Shown piece by piece: positions 47,291-56,396 of a stretch of DNA of 62,651 bases (the stretch's first letter is position 1; the number at the start of each line of letters is the position of its first letter). The stretch is taken from the IMG/VR virus record IMGVR_UViG_3300027816_002956, positions 1-62,651 of that record, one strand, 5' to 3'. The notes beneath the pieces were generated by a model, which saw only the letters and a list, made by a program, of their open reading frames with translations, ran no database searches and had not been told where the DNA came from. The translations under genes were made by a program, and so were the position numbers. This DNA comes from a virus (taxonomy: Duplodnaviria > Caudoviricetes).

Positions 47291-50200
47291 ACATAAATTA
47301 CTAAGTGGTCGAGTTAAGACAACACCGGCAGCTAATGTAACTGCTGATCGTTATGATTTTCTCGGTCTTGAACAAGCAGAACCAAATTTAGGTACAGCTG
47401 CACAAGATGGTTATGTTCTGATATATGATTCTAATGCACCAGGTAAAAGAAACTGGTCATCATCTTCATTACTTTCTGGTGGTATAACAGCTCAGTCAGC
47501 TTTTGAATCTGCTAACTCTGCAAGTTCGTATGCAAATAGTGCTTTCATTGTAAGTAATTCAGCTGCAATTTACGCCAATTCAGCTTTTGTTTCTGCCAAC
47601 TCAGCATCTTCATATGCTAATGGTGCGTTTATAACTGCTAATTCTGCATCTAATTATGCAAATGCTTCTTTTGAAACTGCTAACTCGGCTGGAGTTTATG
47701 CTAATGCTGCTTTTGATAAAGCCAATTCTGCAAATATATTAGCTCAAGCTTCATTTAATACTGCCAATTTAAAATTTAATACTTCCGGTGGCACAATCTC
47801 TGGTGATGTAACAATTACTGGCAATTTAACGATTGAAGGTAATACAGTAATTGTCAACGTATCTACATTGGCTGTTGAAGATTCAATCATTCAATTAGCT
47901 CGCAATAACACTTCTGATGCCGTTGATATTGGTTTTTTAGGACACTATGATGCTGGTTCTGGTAATGTTCATGCTGGCCTTATTCGTAGAGCATCAGATG
48001 ATACATTTTACCTATTTGACAATTTAACAACAGAAACATTAACAAATGTTGTTGATATTGCTAATTCTTCTATAGCAACTCTTAGAGCAAATTTAATTTC
48101 AAATAATGTTTTAATTCGTGGTTATGATCCAGTTAATCATACGAATAACGCATATCAAGTAGCAAATAGTGGTTCTTCTTACGCTAATGGTGCTTTTGCT
48201 GCTGCTAATACCGCAGATCAAAGAGCCGTTACATCAGGCACCTATGCCAATGCGGCCTTTGTTGTTGCTAATTCTGCATCTTCATACGCTAATGGAGCTT
48301 TTGGTGCAGCCAATGTTGCAGACCAGAAAGCTGTAACATCTGGTGATTATGCTAATTCAGCTTTCTTAGCTGCAAATACTGCCGATCAGAAAGCAGTTTC
48401 AGCAGGTTCATACGCCAACTCTGCATTTGGAGTGGCTAATTCTGCCAGTTCTTATGCGAATGGTGCCTTCACAGCTGCAAATACAGCCGATCAAAAAGCG
48501 GTTACATCTGGTTTATATGCTAATAGTGCTTACATTCATGCCAATGCGGCCTTTAATGCGGCTAATGCAGCTAGTTCTTATGCCAACGGTGCTTTTGCGG
48601 CGGCCAATACGGCCGATCAAAGAGCAGTAACTTCTGGATCTTATGCGAATAGTGCATACCAAACTGCTAATAGTGGATCATCTTATGCTAACGGTGCCTT
48701 TGCTGCCGCTAACACCGCAGACCAAAGAGCTGTAACTTCTGGAATATATGCTAACTCAGCTTTTGCAGCTGCTAACTCAAATTACACAAGTGCTGTAACA
48801 AGATTAACCGTCACAAATAGTGGTGCTTCGGCATTTTTAATTGATCAATATACAGGAAATAATCCAACAATTTACGTATCAGCTGGAGAAACAATTGCTT
48901 TCCAGTTAAGTGGTATTACTGGTCATCCATTTATGATTCGTGTATCATCAGGCGGATCAAATTACGATACTGGATTAACTCATGTATCTACAACAGGAAC
49001 AGTTTCAACAGATTCAAGTGCTCAAGCTAAAGAATCTGGCACTTTATATTGGAAAGTTCCTTTTGACTTAGTTGGATTAACTTATGTTTATCAATGTCAA
49101 GCTCATTCAGGAATGGTTGGAAGTATTGTTATTCAACAACCAGCTTCTTTTGTCGCATCAAATACTCAATTAGCATTTACAGCAGCCAATACCGCAGATC
49201 AAAGAGCAGTAACATCTGGTTCATATGCTAATTCTTCTTATATTCATGCTAATGCTGCTTTCAATGCCGCTAATAGTGCAACCGATACATGGGTACGTAA
49301 TGCGGCTAACGCTGCTTCAAGTTATGCCAACTCAGCATATGCTCAAGCGAATACCGGAACAACACTAGCACAAGCCGCCTTTGATCAAGCAAATACAGGT
49401 GGTGGTGCAGGTACAGATTCTTATGCTAGAAATACAGCAAATGCGGCATCTTCTTATGCTAATTCTGCATATCTTCATGCTAATGCTGCGTTCAATGCTG
49501 CAAATACTGGTGGTGCCGCAACGGATAGTTTTGCTAGAACGCAAGCTAATGCTGCTTTCAATCAAGCAAATTCAGCCGCATCTGGTGGACAAACAATTTA
49601 CGTTGCTGCTATAGACACATTTACAAGTAACGGTCAAAATACAACATTTACTTTAAGTACTACACCAACATCTGCAAACCAAATTATGGTGTATATTGAT
49701 GGTGTTTACCAACAATCATCTGGATATACATTAAGTGGTGCAACACTTACAATGTCTGAAGCTGTTGATGCAAATTCATCACTACAAGTTAGAACATTTG
49801 CTAACACAGCAACTTCACAACTTGGTGTTACAATTGATACATTTACTGGTACTGGTGCATGTACTACATTTACATTATCTACTGTACCTACAAGTAAAAA
49901 TCTTACATCAGTAATTGTTGGTGGTGTACCACAACTTAAATCCGCTTATAGTATTACTGGTACTTCTTTAGTATTTACTGGCGCTCCTGCAAACAACTCT
50001 GTTATTGAAGTGGCCACATACAAAGGTGGTGGTTCATACGCAACATCGTTTACAGCTGTTGTTGATAAATTTACAGGTAATGGTGCTCAAACAACATTTG
50101 GTCTATCAACAATACCTAATTCTGAAAATGAAACCTTTGTTTATTTAAATGGTGTTTATCAAAATAAAGATACATATTCTGTATCAGGTGCAAATGTCGT

Positions 50201-50486
50201 ATTAACTGGTACTGCAACATCAAATGATACGATTGAAGTCGTAACAGTTGCTGGTTCAGAGATGAATGTAACATCTTCTCGTTACAATAGTAGAGTTTAT
50301 ACTGGTACAGGTGCATGTACTCAATTTACAATTTCTTCAAGTCATAGTGCAAATTCTGTTCTTGTATTTGAAAATGGTATTTGCCAAGAACCAATTACAG
50401 ATTATACAGTTTCAGGTACAACATTAACATTTACAACTGCACCAGGAAATGGTTTTAAAATTCAAATTAGAGAGCTACCAGTTTAA
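47283..50486 (+). CDS. Multidomain fibre protein: heptad stalk, cupredoxin-like domain and four C-terminal beta-sandwich repeats
   Basis: DIGFLGHY module; GHPF...YQCQAHSGM; four (F/Y)TG.G..T.F.LS..P......V...GV.Q....Y..SG..L.F..AP repeats. Confidence 0.78.
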   Translation: MAKHKLLSGRVKTTPAANVTADRYDFLGLEQAEPNLGTAAQDGYVLIYDSNAPGKRNWSSSSLLSGGITAQSAFESANSASSYANSAFIVSNSAAIYANSAFVSANSASSYANGAFITANSASNYANASFETANSAGVYANAAFDKANSANILAQASFNTANLKFNTSGGTISGDVTITGNLTIEGNTVIVNVSTLAVEDSIIQLARNNTSDAVDIGFLGHYDAGSGNVHAGLIRRASDDTFYLFDNLTTETLTNVVDIANSSIATLRANLISNNVLIRGYDPVNHTNNAYQVANSGSSYANGAFAAANTADQRAVTSGTYANAAFVVANSASSYANGAFGAANVADQKAVTSGDYANSAFLAANTADQKAVSAGSYANSAFGVANSASSYANGAFTAANTADQKAVTSGLYANSAYIHANAAFNAANAASSYANGAFAAANTADQRAVTSGSYANSAYQTANSGSSYANGAFAAANTADQRAVTSGIYANSAFAAANSNYTSAVTRLTVTNSGASAFLIDQYTGNNPTIYVSAGETIAFQLSGITGHPFMIRVSSGGSNYDTGLTHVSTTGTVSTDSSAQAKESGTLYWKVPFDLVGLTYVYQCQAHSGMVGSIVIQQPASFVASNTQLAFTAANTADQRAVTSGSYANSSYIHANAAFNAANSATDTWVRNAANAASSYANSAYAQANTGTTLAQAAFDQANTGGGAGTDSYARNTANAASSYANSAYLHANAAFNAANTGGAATDSFARTQANAAFNQANSAASGGQTIYVAAIDTFTSNGQNTTFTLSTTPTSANQIMVYIDGVYQQSSGYTLSGATLTMSEAVDANSSLQVRTFANTATSQLGVTIDTFTGTGACTTFTLSTVPTSKNLTSVIVGGVPQLKSAYSITGTSLVFTGAPANNSVIEVATYKGGGSYATSFTAVVDKFTGNGAQTTFGLSTIPNSENETFVYLNGVYQNKDTYSVSGANVVLTGTATSNDTIEVVTVAGSEMNVTSSRYNSRVYTGTGACTQFTISSSHSANSVLVFENGICQEPITDYTVSGTTLTFTTAPGNGFKIQIRELPV

Positions 50487-50495
50487 GAGATAACT

Positions 50496-52223
50496 ATGGC
50501 ATTTACACAAATATCAACTACAAATATTAAAGAAAATACGGTAGTTTCTTATGCCGAATATGCAGCATTTACGGCGAATGTTTTGCCCAAAATTTCGTCT
50601 GTTCAGTACGCAGACGAAACTTTTACTGCACTTGATGATACTGCTGCCAATACTTCTGGTACTGCAAGATTGGTTATCAATGGAAGTGGATTTCAAACTG
50701 GTGCAACTGTTATTGTAGGAACAACATCAGCTTCAAGTACTGCAAGAGTAAGCACGGAACAATTAAGAGCAAACGTAACTGCATTAAGTTCTGGTAGTTA
50801 TACTTTGTATGTACAAAATCCAGATGGCGGCACAGCTATTCGTGTAAATGGAGCTACATTTTCAAATACTCCTGTTTGGAGTACTGCAGCTGCATTAAGC
50901 AATCAAGAGGCTAATACTGCCTTTGCTGTAAGTATTAGTGCAAACTCTGATTCTAATGTAACTTATTCTAATACTACATCATTACCTGCTGGTACCACAT
51001 TATTGGCTAACGGACTATTTTATGGTACTGTTACAGTTGGAGTAGAAACAGCCTTTACTTTTGGTGTTAAAGCTACTGACGTTGAATTACAAGATGAAAC
51101 AAGAACATTTAGTTTGACGGTGACAGTTGGACCCCCAGCAGGACAATTGTTTGCTTTTGGCCAAAATAATCGTGGCCAATTAGGATTTAATGATACAACG
51201 TATAGATCTAGTCCAACTCAAGTTGGTTCTTCTACAAATTGGATTTCATTAAATTTAATAGGACCAACAGGTTATTCAGGTTTTGGTATTAAGTCTGACA
51301 ATACTTTGTGGTCATGGGGACAAAATGGACACGGTCAATTAGGACTTGATGATACAACATATAGATCTAGTCCAGTTCAAGTTGGATCTGCTACAAACTG
51401 GAATTTAATTTCTTCATCTACTAATTACCATGTTTTATTGACAAAAACGAATGGAACATTGTGGGGTATGGGTAGGAATACATTTGGCAATTTAGGATTA
51501 GGAAATAGTACATATAAATCTAGTCCAACTCAAGTAGGAACTGATACTAATTGGAATAATATATCTCAAGGAACATTTCGTTCAGCAGCGACCAAAACAG
51601 ATGGTACTTTATGGTTGTGGGGACGTAATAATTATGGAACTTTAGGTTTAAATGATACGACAGACAGAAATAGTCCAACTCAAGTAGGAACAGGAACTAA
51701 TTGGAGCAAAGTTGCAGTAACCGGAGCAGATGCACTTGCAACTAAAACTGATGGCACATTATGGGCCATTGGTGGATCTAATGATGGAGGAAGATTAGGA
51801 CTTAGTGAAATACCTTATTCTTCACCTGGAGCAATATTTAGATCAAGTCCAGTTCAAATAGGAGCTAATACTAATTGGAATTTACTAGTACCAGCAGGAG
51901 AATCTTTTGCAGCTACAAAAACGGATGGAACATTGTGGTCTTGGGGACCAAATATTAACGGCCAATTAGGACATAATAATTCTTCATATAAATCCAGTCC
52001 AGTACAAGTAGGAACAAATACTAATTGGAGTAAAATAGATGGTGGTTCTACTAGTTTTGGTGGAATTAAAACAGATGGTACTTTGTGGTTATGGGGAAAT
52101 AATGGTCAAGGACAGTTAGGACTTAATGATAGAGTTAATAAATCAAGTCCTACTCAAGTAGGATCAGGAACTACTTGGGTTTTAGTTGCGACTGCTCGTA
52201 GTACTCTTGCAATAAGACAATAA
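50496..52223 (+). CDS. IPT/Ig-like domains plus RCC1/BLIP-II repeat beta-propeller (putative receptor-binding protein), paralog 1
   Basis: INGSGFQTGATV...V.NPDGG N-terminal domain; seven KTDGTLW.WG.N..GQLGL......SSP.QVG..TNW repeats. Confidence 0.85.
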   Translation: MAFTQISTTNIKENTVVSYAEYAAFTANVLPKISSVQYADETFTALDDTAANTSGTARLVINGSGFQTGATVIVGTTSASSTARVSTEQLRANVTALSSGSYTLYVQNPDGGTAIRVNGATFSNTPVWSTAAALSNQEANTAFAVSISANSDSNVTYSNTTSLPAGTTLLANGLFYGTVTVGVETAFTFGVKATDVELQDETRTFSLTVTVGPPAGQLFAFGQNNRGQLGFNDTTYRSSPTQVGSSTNWISLNLIGPTGYSGFGIKSDNTLWSWGQNGHGQLGLDDTTYRSSPVQVGSATNWNLISSSTNYHVLLTKTNGTLWGMGRNTFGNLGLGNSTYKSSPTQVGTDTNWNNISQGTFRSAATKTDGTLWLWGRNNYGTLGLNDTTDRNSPTQVGTGTNWSKVAVTGADALATKTDGTLWAIGGSNDGGRLGLSEIPYSSPGAIFRSSPVQIGANTNWNLLVPAGESFAATKTDGTLWSWGPNINGQLGHNNSSYKSSPVQVGTNTNWSKIDGGSTSFGGIKTDGTLWLWGNNGQGQLGLNDRVNKSSPTQVGSGTTWVLVATARSTLAIRQ

Positions 52224-52232
52224 GTATGCCTC

Positions 52233-52240
52233 ACTAAATA
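52233..52240 (+). promoter_or_regulatory. Late promoter-like ACTAAATA upstream of the modification-enzyme cluster
   Basis: Intergenic; same octamer as 36696-36703. A TACAAT -10-like hexamer also follows at 52248-52253. Confidence 0.5.
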
Positions 52241-52281
52241 CTTGTAGTACAATATAATAATGTTTTTGATGGAATTTTAAA

Positions 52282-54051
52282 ATGAAAAATATATACTTTC
52301 TTGCCGGATTGCCACGGTCTGGTTCTACTTTACTTGCGGCAATTCTCAACCAAAATCCAAAGATTCACGCATCTTCTACCTCAGGTCTTTTAGACACAAT
52401 GGTAGGCACACTTCGTGCATGGGCAGATAGCTTCAACACTCTTGCTCAAAAAGACCGTGATGCTTCTGAACAAGAAATTCAGCGTATACTGAATAACATT
52501 ACGCAAACCAAATATGCACACATAGACAAACCAATTATTCTTGATAAGGCTCGTGGTTGGGCAGATGATACTAACATTCGCACAATGACCCGAGTGTTTG
52601 AGCGTAAGCCTAAAATTATTGCTACGGTTAGGAATGTCGAAGATTGTGCTGCATCATTTGTTCGTATTGCCAAACCAACCGATTTAGATGATTTCTGTGT
52701 CAATGGTGAATTAATGGGACACCTTAAAGAATCATATCAAACATTTCAAAAAGGATATTCATTTGCACCTGAATGTTTTTTAATTGTTGACTATGATGAT
52801 TTACTATCAAACCCCAAAAAAGAAATTGAAAAAATACATCAGTTTCTAGAAATTGAAAATGATTTTGAATATGATTTTGATCATATAGATGGTTCAAATT
52901 TACAAGAACGTGATGAAGAAATTTGGATGGTACCTGGTTTACATGATGTAAAGCCAAAACTAGGGTACCAACACAAAAAAGATTCACAAGAAATACTTAA
53001 ACATCGTTTCTATGATTTTGTTCAACCAAGATTCTGGTTAGGTGAAGAAAAGGCTAATAAACCAGCCCACAAACTAGACACGCAATTAGCAGCCGGACTC
53101 ATGGGTGATTTCCAGTTAGGTCTTAAAATTGCAAATGAATTAGAAGCAGAAGAACCATGGAATAATCGTGCTGCGTTTAATCGTGGTTGGTACAGAATGT
53201 ATGAAGGTAAATTGTTAGAGGGTGAACAATTACTTTTCCGTGGACGATTAGAGAAAGTATTTGGTAATGAACCGCCAAGGTCACCAATGCCAATGTGGGA
53301 TGGCGAATCAAAAGGAACAATACTCTTAAATCTTGAAGGCGGTCTTGGCGACCAGATTCATGGTGTAAGATATGCAAGAGAGTTTGCAAAAAAAGGATGT
53401 GAAACTATTGTTGCGTGTTCTGGCCCGTTGGCCACTATGTTTAGGGATGTTGAAGGTGTTGTTGCCGTATGCCAGCATGAAGCAACATTTGGTATTGTTC
53501 ATGACTTTTGGGTACCATCTATGTCAACAATACCTATTCTCAAGTATGAATATAAAGACATTTCTGGAAAGCCATATATAAGTAAATCAGAAGTGACACC
53601 ACATAAAGGTCTAAGAATAGGCCTAAGATGGCAAGGAAATCCACAGTTTGAACATGAACAGCATAGGATTTTCCCACCTAAATTATTATTTGATGCAGTA
53701 GAAGATATTGATGCTGAATTTATTTCTCTCCAGCGTGATGAAGGTTCACAGTATTGTCCTTATTGGGTCAAGAAAGTTCCTTTGGGTCATTGGGAAGAAA
53801 CAAGAATGGCAATTGCATCATGTGATTTGGTGATTACTTCTTGTACATCTATTGCTCACTTGTCTGGTGCGATGGGTGTACCAACTTGGATTATTCCACC
53901 AGTTTTACCTTATTACTTGTGGGCTTATCCAATTAACAAAACAGTATGGTATAATAGTGTGAGATTGTTTAGACAAAAAATGTATGGTTCTTGGAATGAA
54001 CCATTTAAACAAATTAAACTAGCATTACAAAAAGGAGAAATAAATGCCTAA
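52282..54051 (+). CDS. Sulfotransferase fused to a TPR-like linker and GT9-like (GT-B) glycosyltransferase
   Basis: N-terminal GLPRSGSTLL PAPS-binding loop, IATVRN...AS and YDDL...P; C-terminal EGGLGDQI, GLRWQGNP, SLQ and DLVITSCTSIAHLSGAMGVPTW...WY.SVRLFRQ. Confidence 0.85.
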   Translation: MKNIYFLAGLPRSGSTLLAAILNQNPKIHASSTSGLLDTMVGTLRAWADSFNTLAQKDRDASEQEIQRILNNITQTKYAHIDKPIILDKARGWADDTNIRTMTRVFERKPKIIATVRNVEDCAASFVRIAKPTDLDDFCVNGELMGHLKESYQTFQKGYSFAPECFLIVDYDDLLSNPKKEIEKIHQFLEIENDFEYDFDHIDGSNLQERDEEIWMVPGLHDVKPKLGYQHKKDSQEILKHRFYDFVQPRFWLGEEKANKPAHKLDTQLAAGLMGDFQLGLKIANELEAEEPWNNRAAFNRGWYRMYEGKLLEGEQLLFRGRLEKVFGNEPPRSPMPMWDGESKGTILLNLEGGLGDQIHGVRYAREFAKKGCETIVACSGPLATMFRDVEGVVAVCQHEATFGIVHDFWVPSMSTIPILKYEYKDISGKPYISKSEVTPHKGLRIGLRWQGNPQFEHEQHRIFPPKLLFDAVEDIDAEFISLQRDEGSQYCPYWVKKVPLGHWEETRMAIASCDLVITSCTSIAHLSGAMGVPTWIIPPVLPYYLWAYPINKTVWYNSVRLFRQKMYGSWNEPFKQIKLALQKGEINA

Positions 54052-54466
54052 GATTAATACTGGATATTGGGTTCGTGTTGTAGACGGCCGAGTATATGAT
54101 GTTTGGGATTCCGCACCTGATGAAAGACCAGGTTGGAGAGAAGCTATTGAGGTTGTGCCTGATGTTATTGGTCGTGACCGTGAAGTAATTGAAGGACATA
54201 TTTTTGATTTGGAAAAAACGCCTGTTGAGATTGTATATCAGAAGCGTCCTGTTTCTTTTGAAGAACGCCAAGGTTCTTACATTTCTCATGCAGAATTCAA
54301 AGCAAAGATGGTTGAGCGTGACCAAGAAATGCGTCAGAACTTAAACAATCCAGAAATGCCATTTGATCAGTCTGCCATTGATGCTGCAAATGCTGAGCGT
54401 GATGCTCGTGTTGCCGCACTCAGAGCATGTAATAATCACGATGATTTGGATGCACTAGACGCTTAA
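54044..54466 (+). CDS. Hypothetical protein (possibly fibre-assembly chaperone-like)
   Basis: AGGAG RBS; overlaps the upstream gene; no catalytic motif recognised. Confidence 0.65.
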   Translation: MPKINTGYWVRVVDGRVYDVWDSAPDERPGWREAIEVVPDVIGRDREVIEGHIFDLEKTPVEIVYQKRPVSFEERQGSYISHAEFKAKMVERDQEMRQNLNNPEMPFDQSAIDAANAERDARVAALRACNNHDDLDALDA

Positions 54467-54481
54467 CTTTAAAGGTTTGTT

Positions 54482-55201
54482 ATGGATTCGTTATTTTTTA
54501 AATATGATTTGGCAGTAGAAAAGGCTTATATTATTCGGGTCAAAGAGAATGAAAGATCCGAAAGTATGGCCAAAAGGTGTTCTGATTCTTGTAACTCTGT
54601 AGGCATGCCATGGGAATATTGGGATGCCTACAATGGTTATAATCGCCGCATTAAAGAGCCTGATAATTCCAAAAACAACCCTCTGATGAAGATGATGAAG
54701 GTAACAGATCATTATCTCACCAGAGGTGAAGTTGCTTGTGCGTTATCACATATCTCTCTTTGGTCACATTGTGCTGAGATTGATAAACCAATTGTAATTT
54801 TAGAACATGATGCTATAATGATACAATCATATCCTTTGCATCAAGTTTATAATTCAATTTGTTATCTTGGTGGTAATGAACAGGTGAACCTTGGTTGGAA
54901 ACAATTACCAACACCTCCACATGCTTCAGAAGGACCAAACTATCATTTTATTTGCCGTGCTCATGCATATGCAATTGATCCTTGTGTAGCAAAAAATCTT
55001 CTTTCACATGCACTTAAATTTGGTATCTGTGCGCCGCTTGACATTATGATCCGTGCAGATATATTTCCTATTCACCAGATGGGAGTGTTTGCGTATGATA
55101 TGAAAGAAACTGAAGAAGATAATAAAACTCTTAAAACAACCATACTTGGCCGGCCATTAGAAGGCCGTTCAACAGTTCGAAACGATGATCTAAGTATCTG
55201 A
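54482..55201 (+). CDS. Glycosyltransferase family 25-like
   Basis: AYII....ERS, WDAYNG, GEVACALSHISLW, ILEHDA, AHAYAI and PLD motifs. Confidence 0.85.
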   Translation: MDSLFFKYDLAVEKAYIIRVKENERSESMAKRCSDSCNSVGMPWEYWDAYNGYNRRIKEPDNSKNNPLMKMMKVTDHYLTRGEVACALSHISLWSHCAEIDKPIVILEHDAIMIQSYPLHQVYNSICYLGGNEQVNLGWKQLPTPPHASEGPNYHFICRAHAYAIDPCVAKNLLSHALKFGICAPLDIMIRADIFPIHQMGVFAYDMKETEEDNKTLKTTILGRPLEGRSTVRNDDLSI

Positions 55202-55818
55202 TGTACCCATTAAACATAGATGAACGAATGTATATTGTCGATGGATTTTATACAAATCCTGATGGTATTCGTCAATATGCTATCAATGAACAAAAAGAAC
55301 CTGAAAGCGGTGGAAACTATGCAGGTGTAATGACCGAAAGCAGATTCATTACAGATGAGCATTTAGAAATACTTGGTCGTTTGGTTGGCCATTTTGTAGA
55401 ACCAAGTACAGGTTTATCTGGTAAATTTAGATTCACAAAAGAAGGTGACACATACAGTCAAGATATACATTTTGATGCAGGTGATAATTTATGGGCAGGT
55501 GTTTGTTATCTCACGCCAAATATTGAAACTGATGGTACTATTTTTTGGCGGCATAATCGAACTGGTCTTGAATCTATACCGCATACGCAAGAAGGTATAG
55601 AAAAACATGGTTGGTATAATGTTGATGACCTTAAAAAATTCCTTGAAACTGACGGTATAAATCATTCTTTATGGACAAAAACATTGACAATTCCTTTCAG
55701 ATATAATAGACTAGTATTGTTTAGGCCTTGGATGTTTCATTCACCAGGCAAAGCATTTGGTGATACTTTACAGAATTGCCGACTTATACAAACATTTTTT
55801 CTTAAAGGAAAGTTGTGA
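55201..55818 (+). CDS. 2OG-Fe(II) oxygenase-like protein (DUF6445-type)
   Basis: IVDGFYTNPD, HFD (HxD), WAGVCYL, GT.FW, YNRLVLF, MFHS (distal His) and RLIQTFF motifs. Confidence 0.82.
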   Translation: MYPLNIDERMYIVDGFYTNPDGIRQYAINEQKEPESGGNYAGVMTESRFITDEHLEILGRLVGHFVEPSTGLSGKFRFTKEGDTYSQDIHFDAGDNLWAGVCYLTPNIETDGTIFWRHNRTGLESIPHTQEGIEKHGWYNVDDLKKFLETDGINHSLWTKTLTIPFRYNRLVLFRPWMFHSPGKAFGDTLQNCRLIQTFFLKGKL

Positions 55819-56396
55819 AATTTACAGTTCGTTTTCATGATCATATAATTACAAGTATTGAAAGTATATGCCGACAAGTAGGATATCCAAAAACTGTAAT
55901 TGAAATTGGAGTATTTCAAGGTGAAACAACCTTTAATATGGTCAATCAAATATCTAAAAAAATTAATGATTATAAGCATTATGCTATCGATACATTTGAT
56001 ACAAGTACCGATTTACCAGAAGAAAACATTGAATCGACAAAAGAAATTTTCTTAAACAATCTAAAAGAATCACCACCAGGATTGGTTGAGTTTATGAATA
56101 TGAAATCTTTTGATGCTTTAATTGAATTGAGAAACCGTGGTGTCAAAGCTGATTTAATCTATGTAGATGGTGATCATAGAGCACCAGAAGTATTACAAGA
56201 TGCGGTTCTTGGTTTTGAGTTACTCAGTATAGGTGGTGTTATGTTGTTTGATGATTCTGTAACTTGGAGATATAAAGGTGATATTACAAACTCCCCTAAA
56301 ATTGCAGTAGATAATTTTATACAATGTTATTGGGATCGTTTAGAAGTGATAGAAGTGTCTAATGGTTACCAATTAGCAATAAGGAGAAAAAAGTGA
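55815..56396 (+). CDS. Class I SAM-dependent methyltransferase (Methyltransf_24-like)
   Basis: IEIGVFQG, AIDTF, DLIYVDGDH and GGVMLFDD motifs. Confidence 0.88.
   Translation: MKFTVRFHDHIITSIESICRQVGYPKTVIEIGVFQGETTFNMVNQISKKINDYKHYAIDTFDTSTDLPEENIESTKEIFLNNLKESPPGLVEFMNMKSFDALIELRNRGVKADLIYVDGDHRAPEVLQDAVLGFELLSIGGVMLFDDSVTWRYKGDITNSPKIAVDNFIQCYWDRLEVIEVSNGYQLAIRRKK

Larger units (their letters stand above)
41160..49580 (+). repeat. Dispersed degenerate 21-bp-unit (heptad) coding repeats in four consecutive fibre genes
   Basis: Recurrent gctaat/gcaaat every 21 nt and many near-copies of aataccgcagatcaaagagcagtaac and tcttcatatgctaatggtgc. Confidence 0.85.

Noticed and set aside
41160-49580. 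CRISPR-like or non-coding repeat array
   Set aside because: The repeats are degenerate, in frame, vary at wobble positions and lie inside long ORFs; there are no unique spacers or cas genes.
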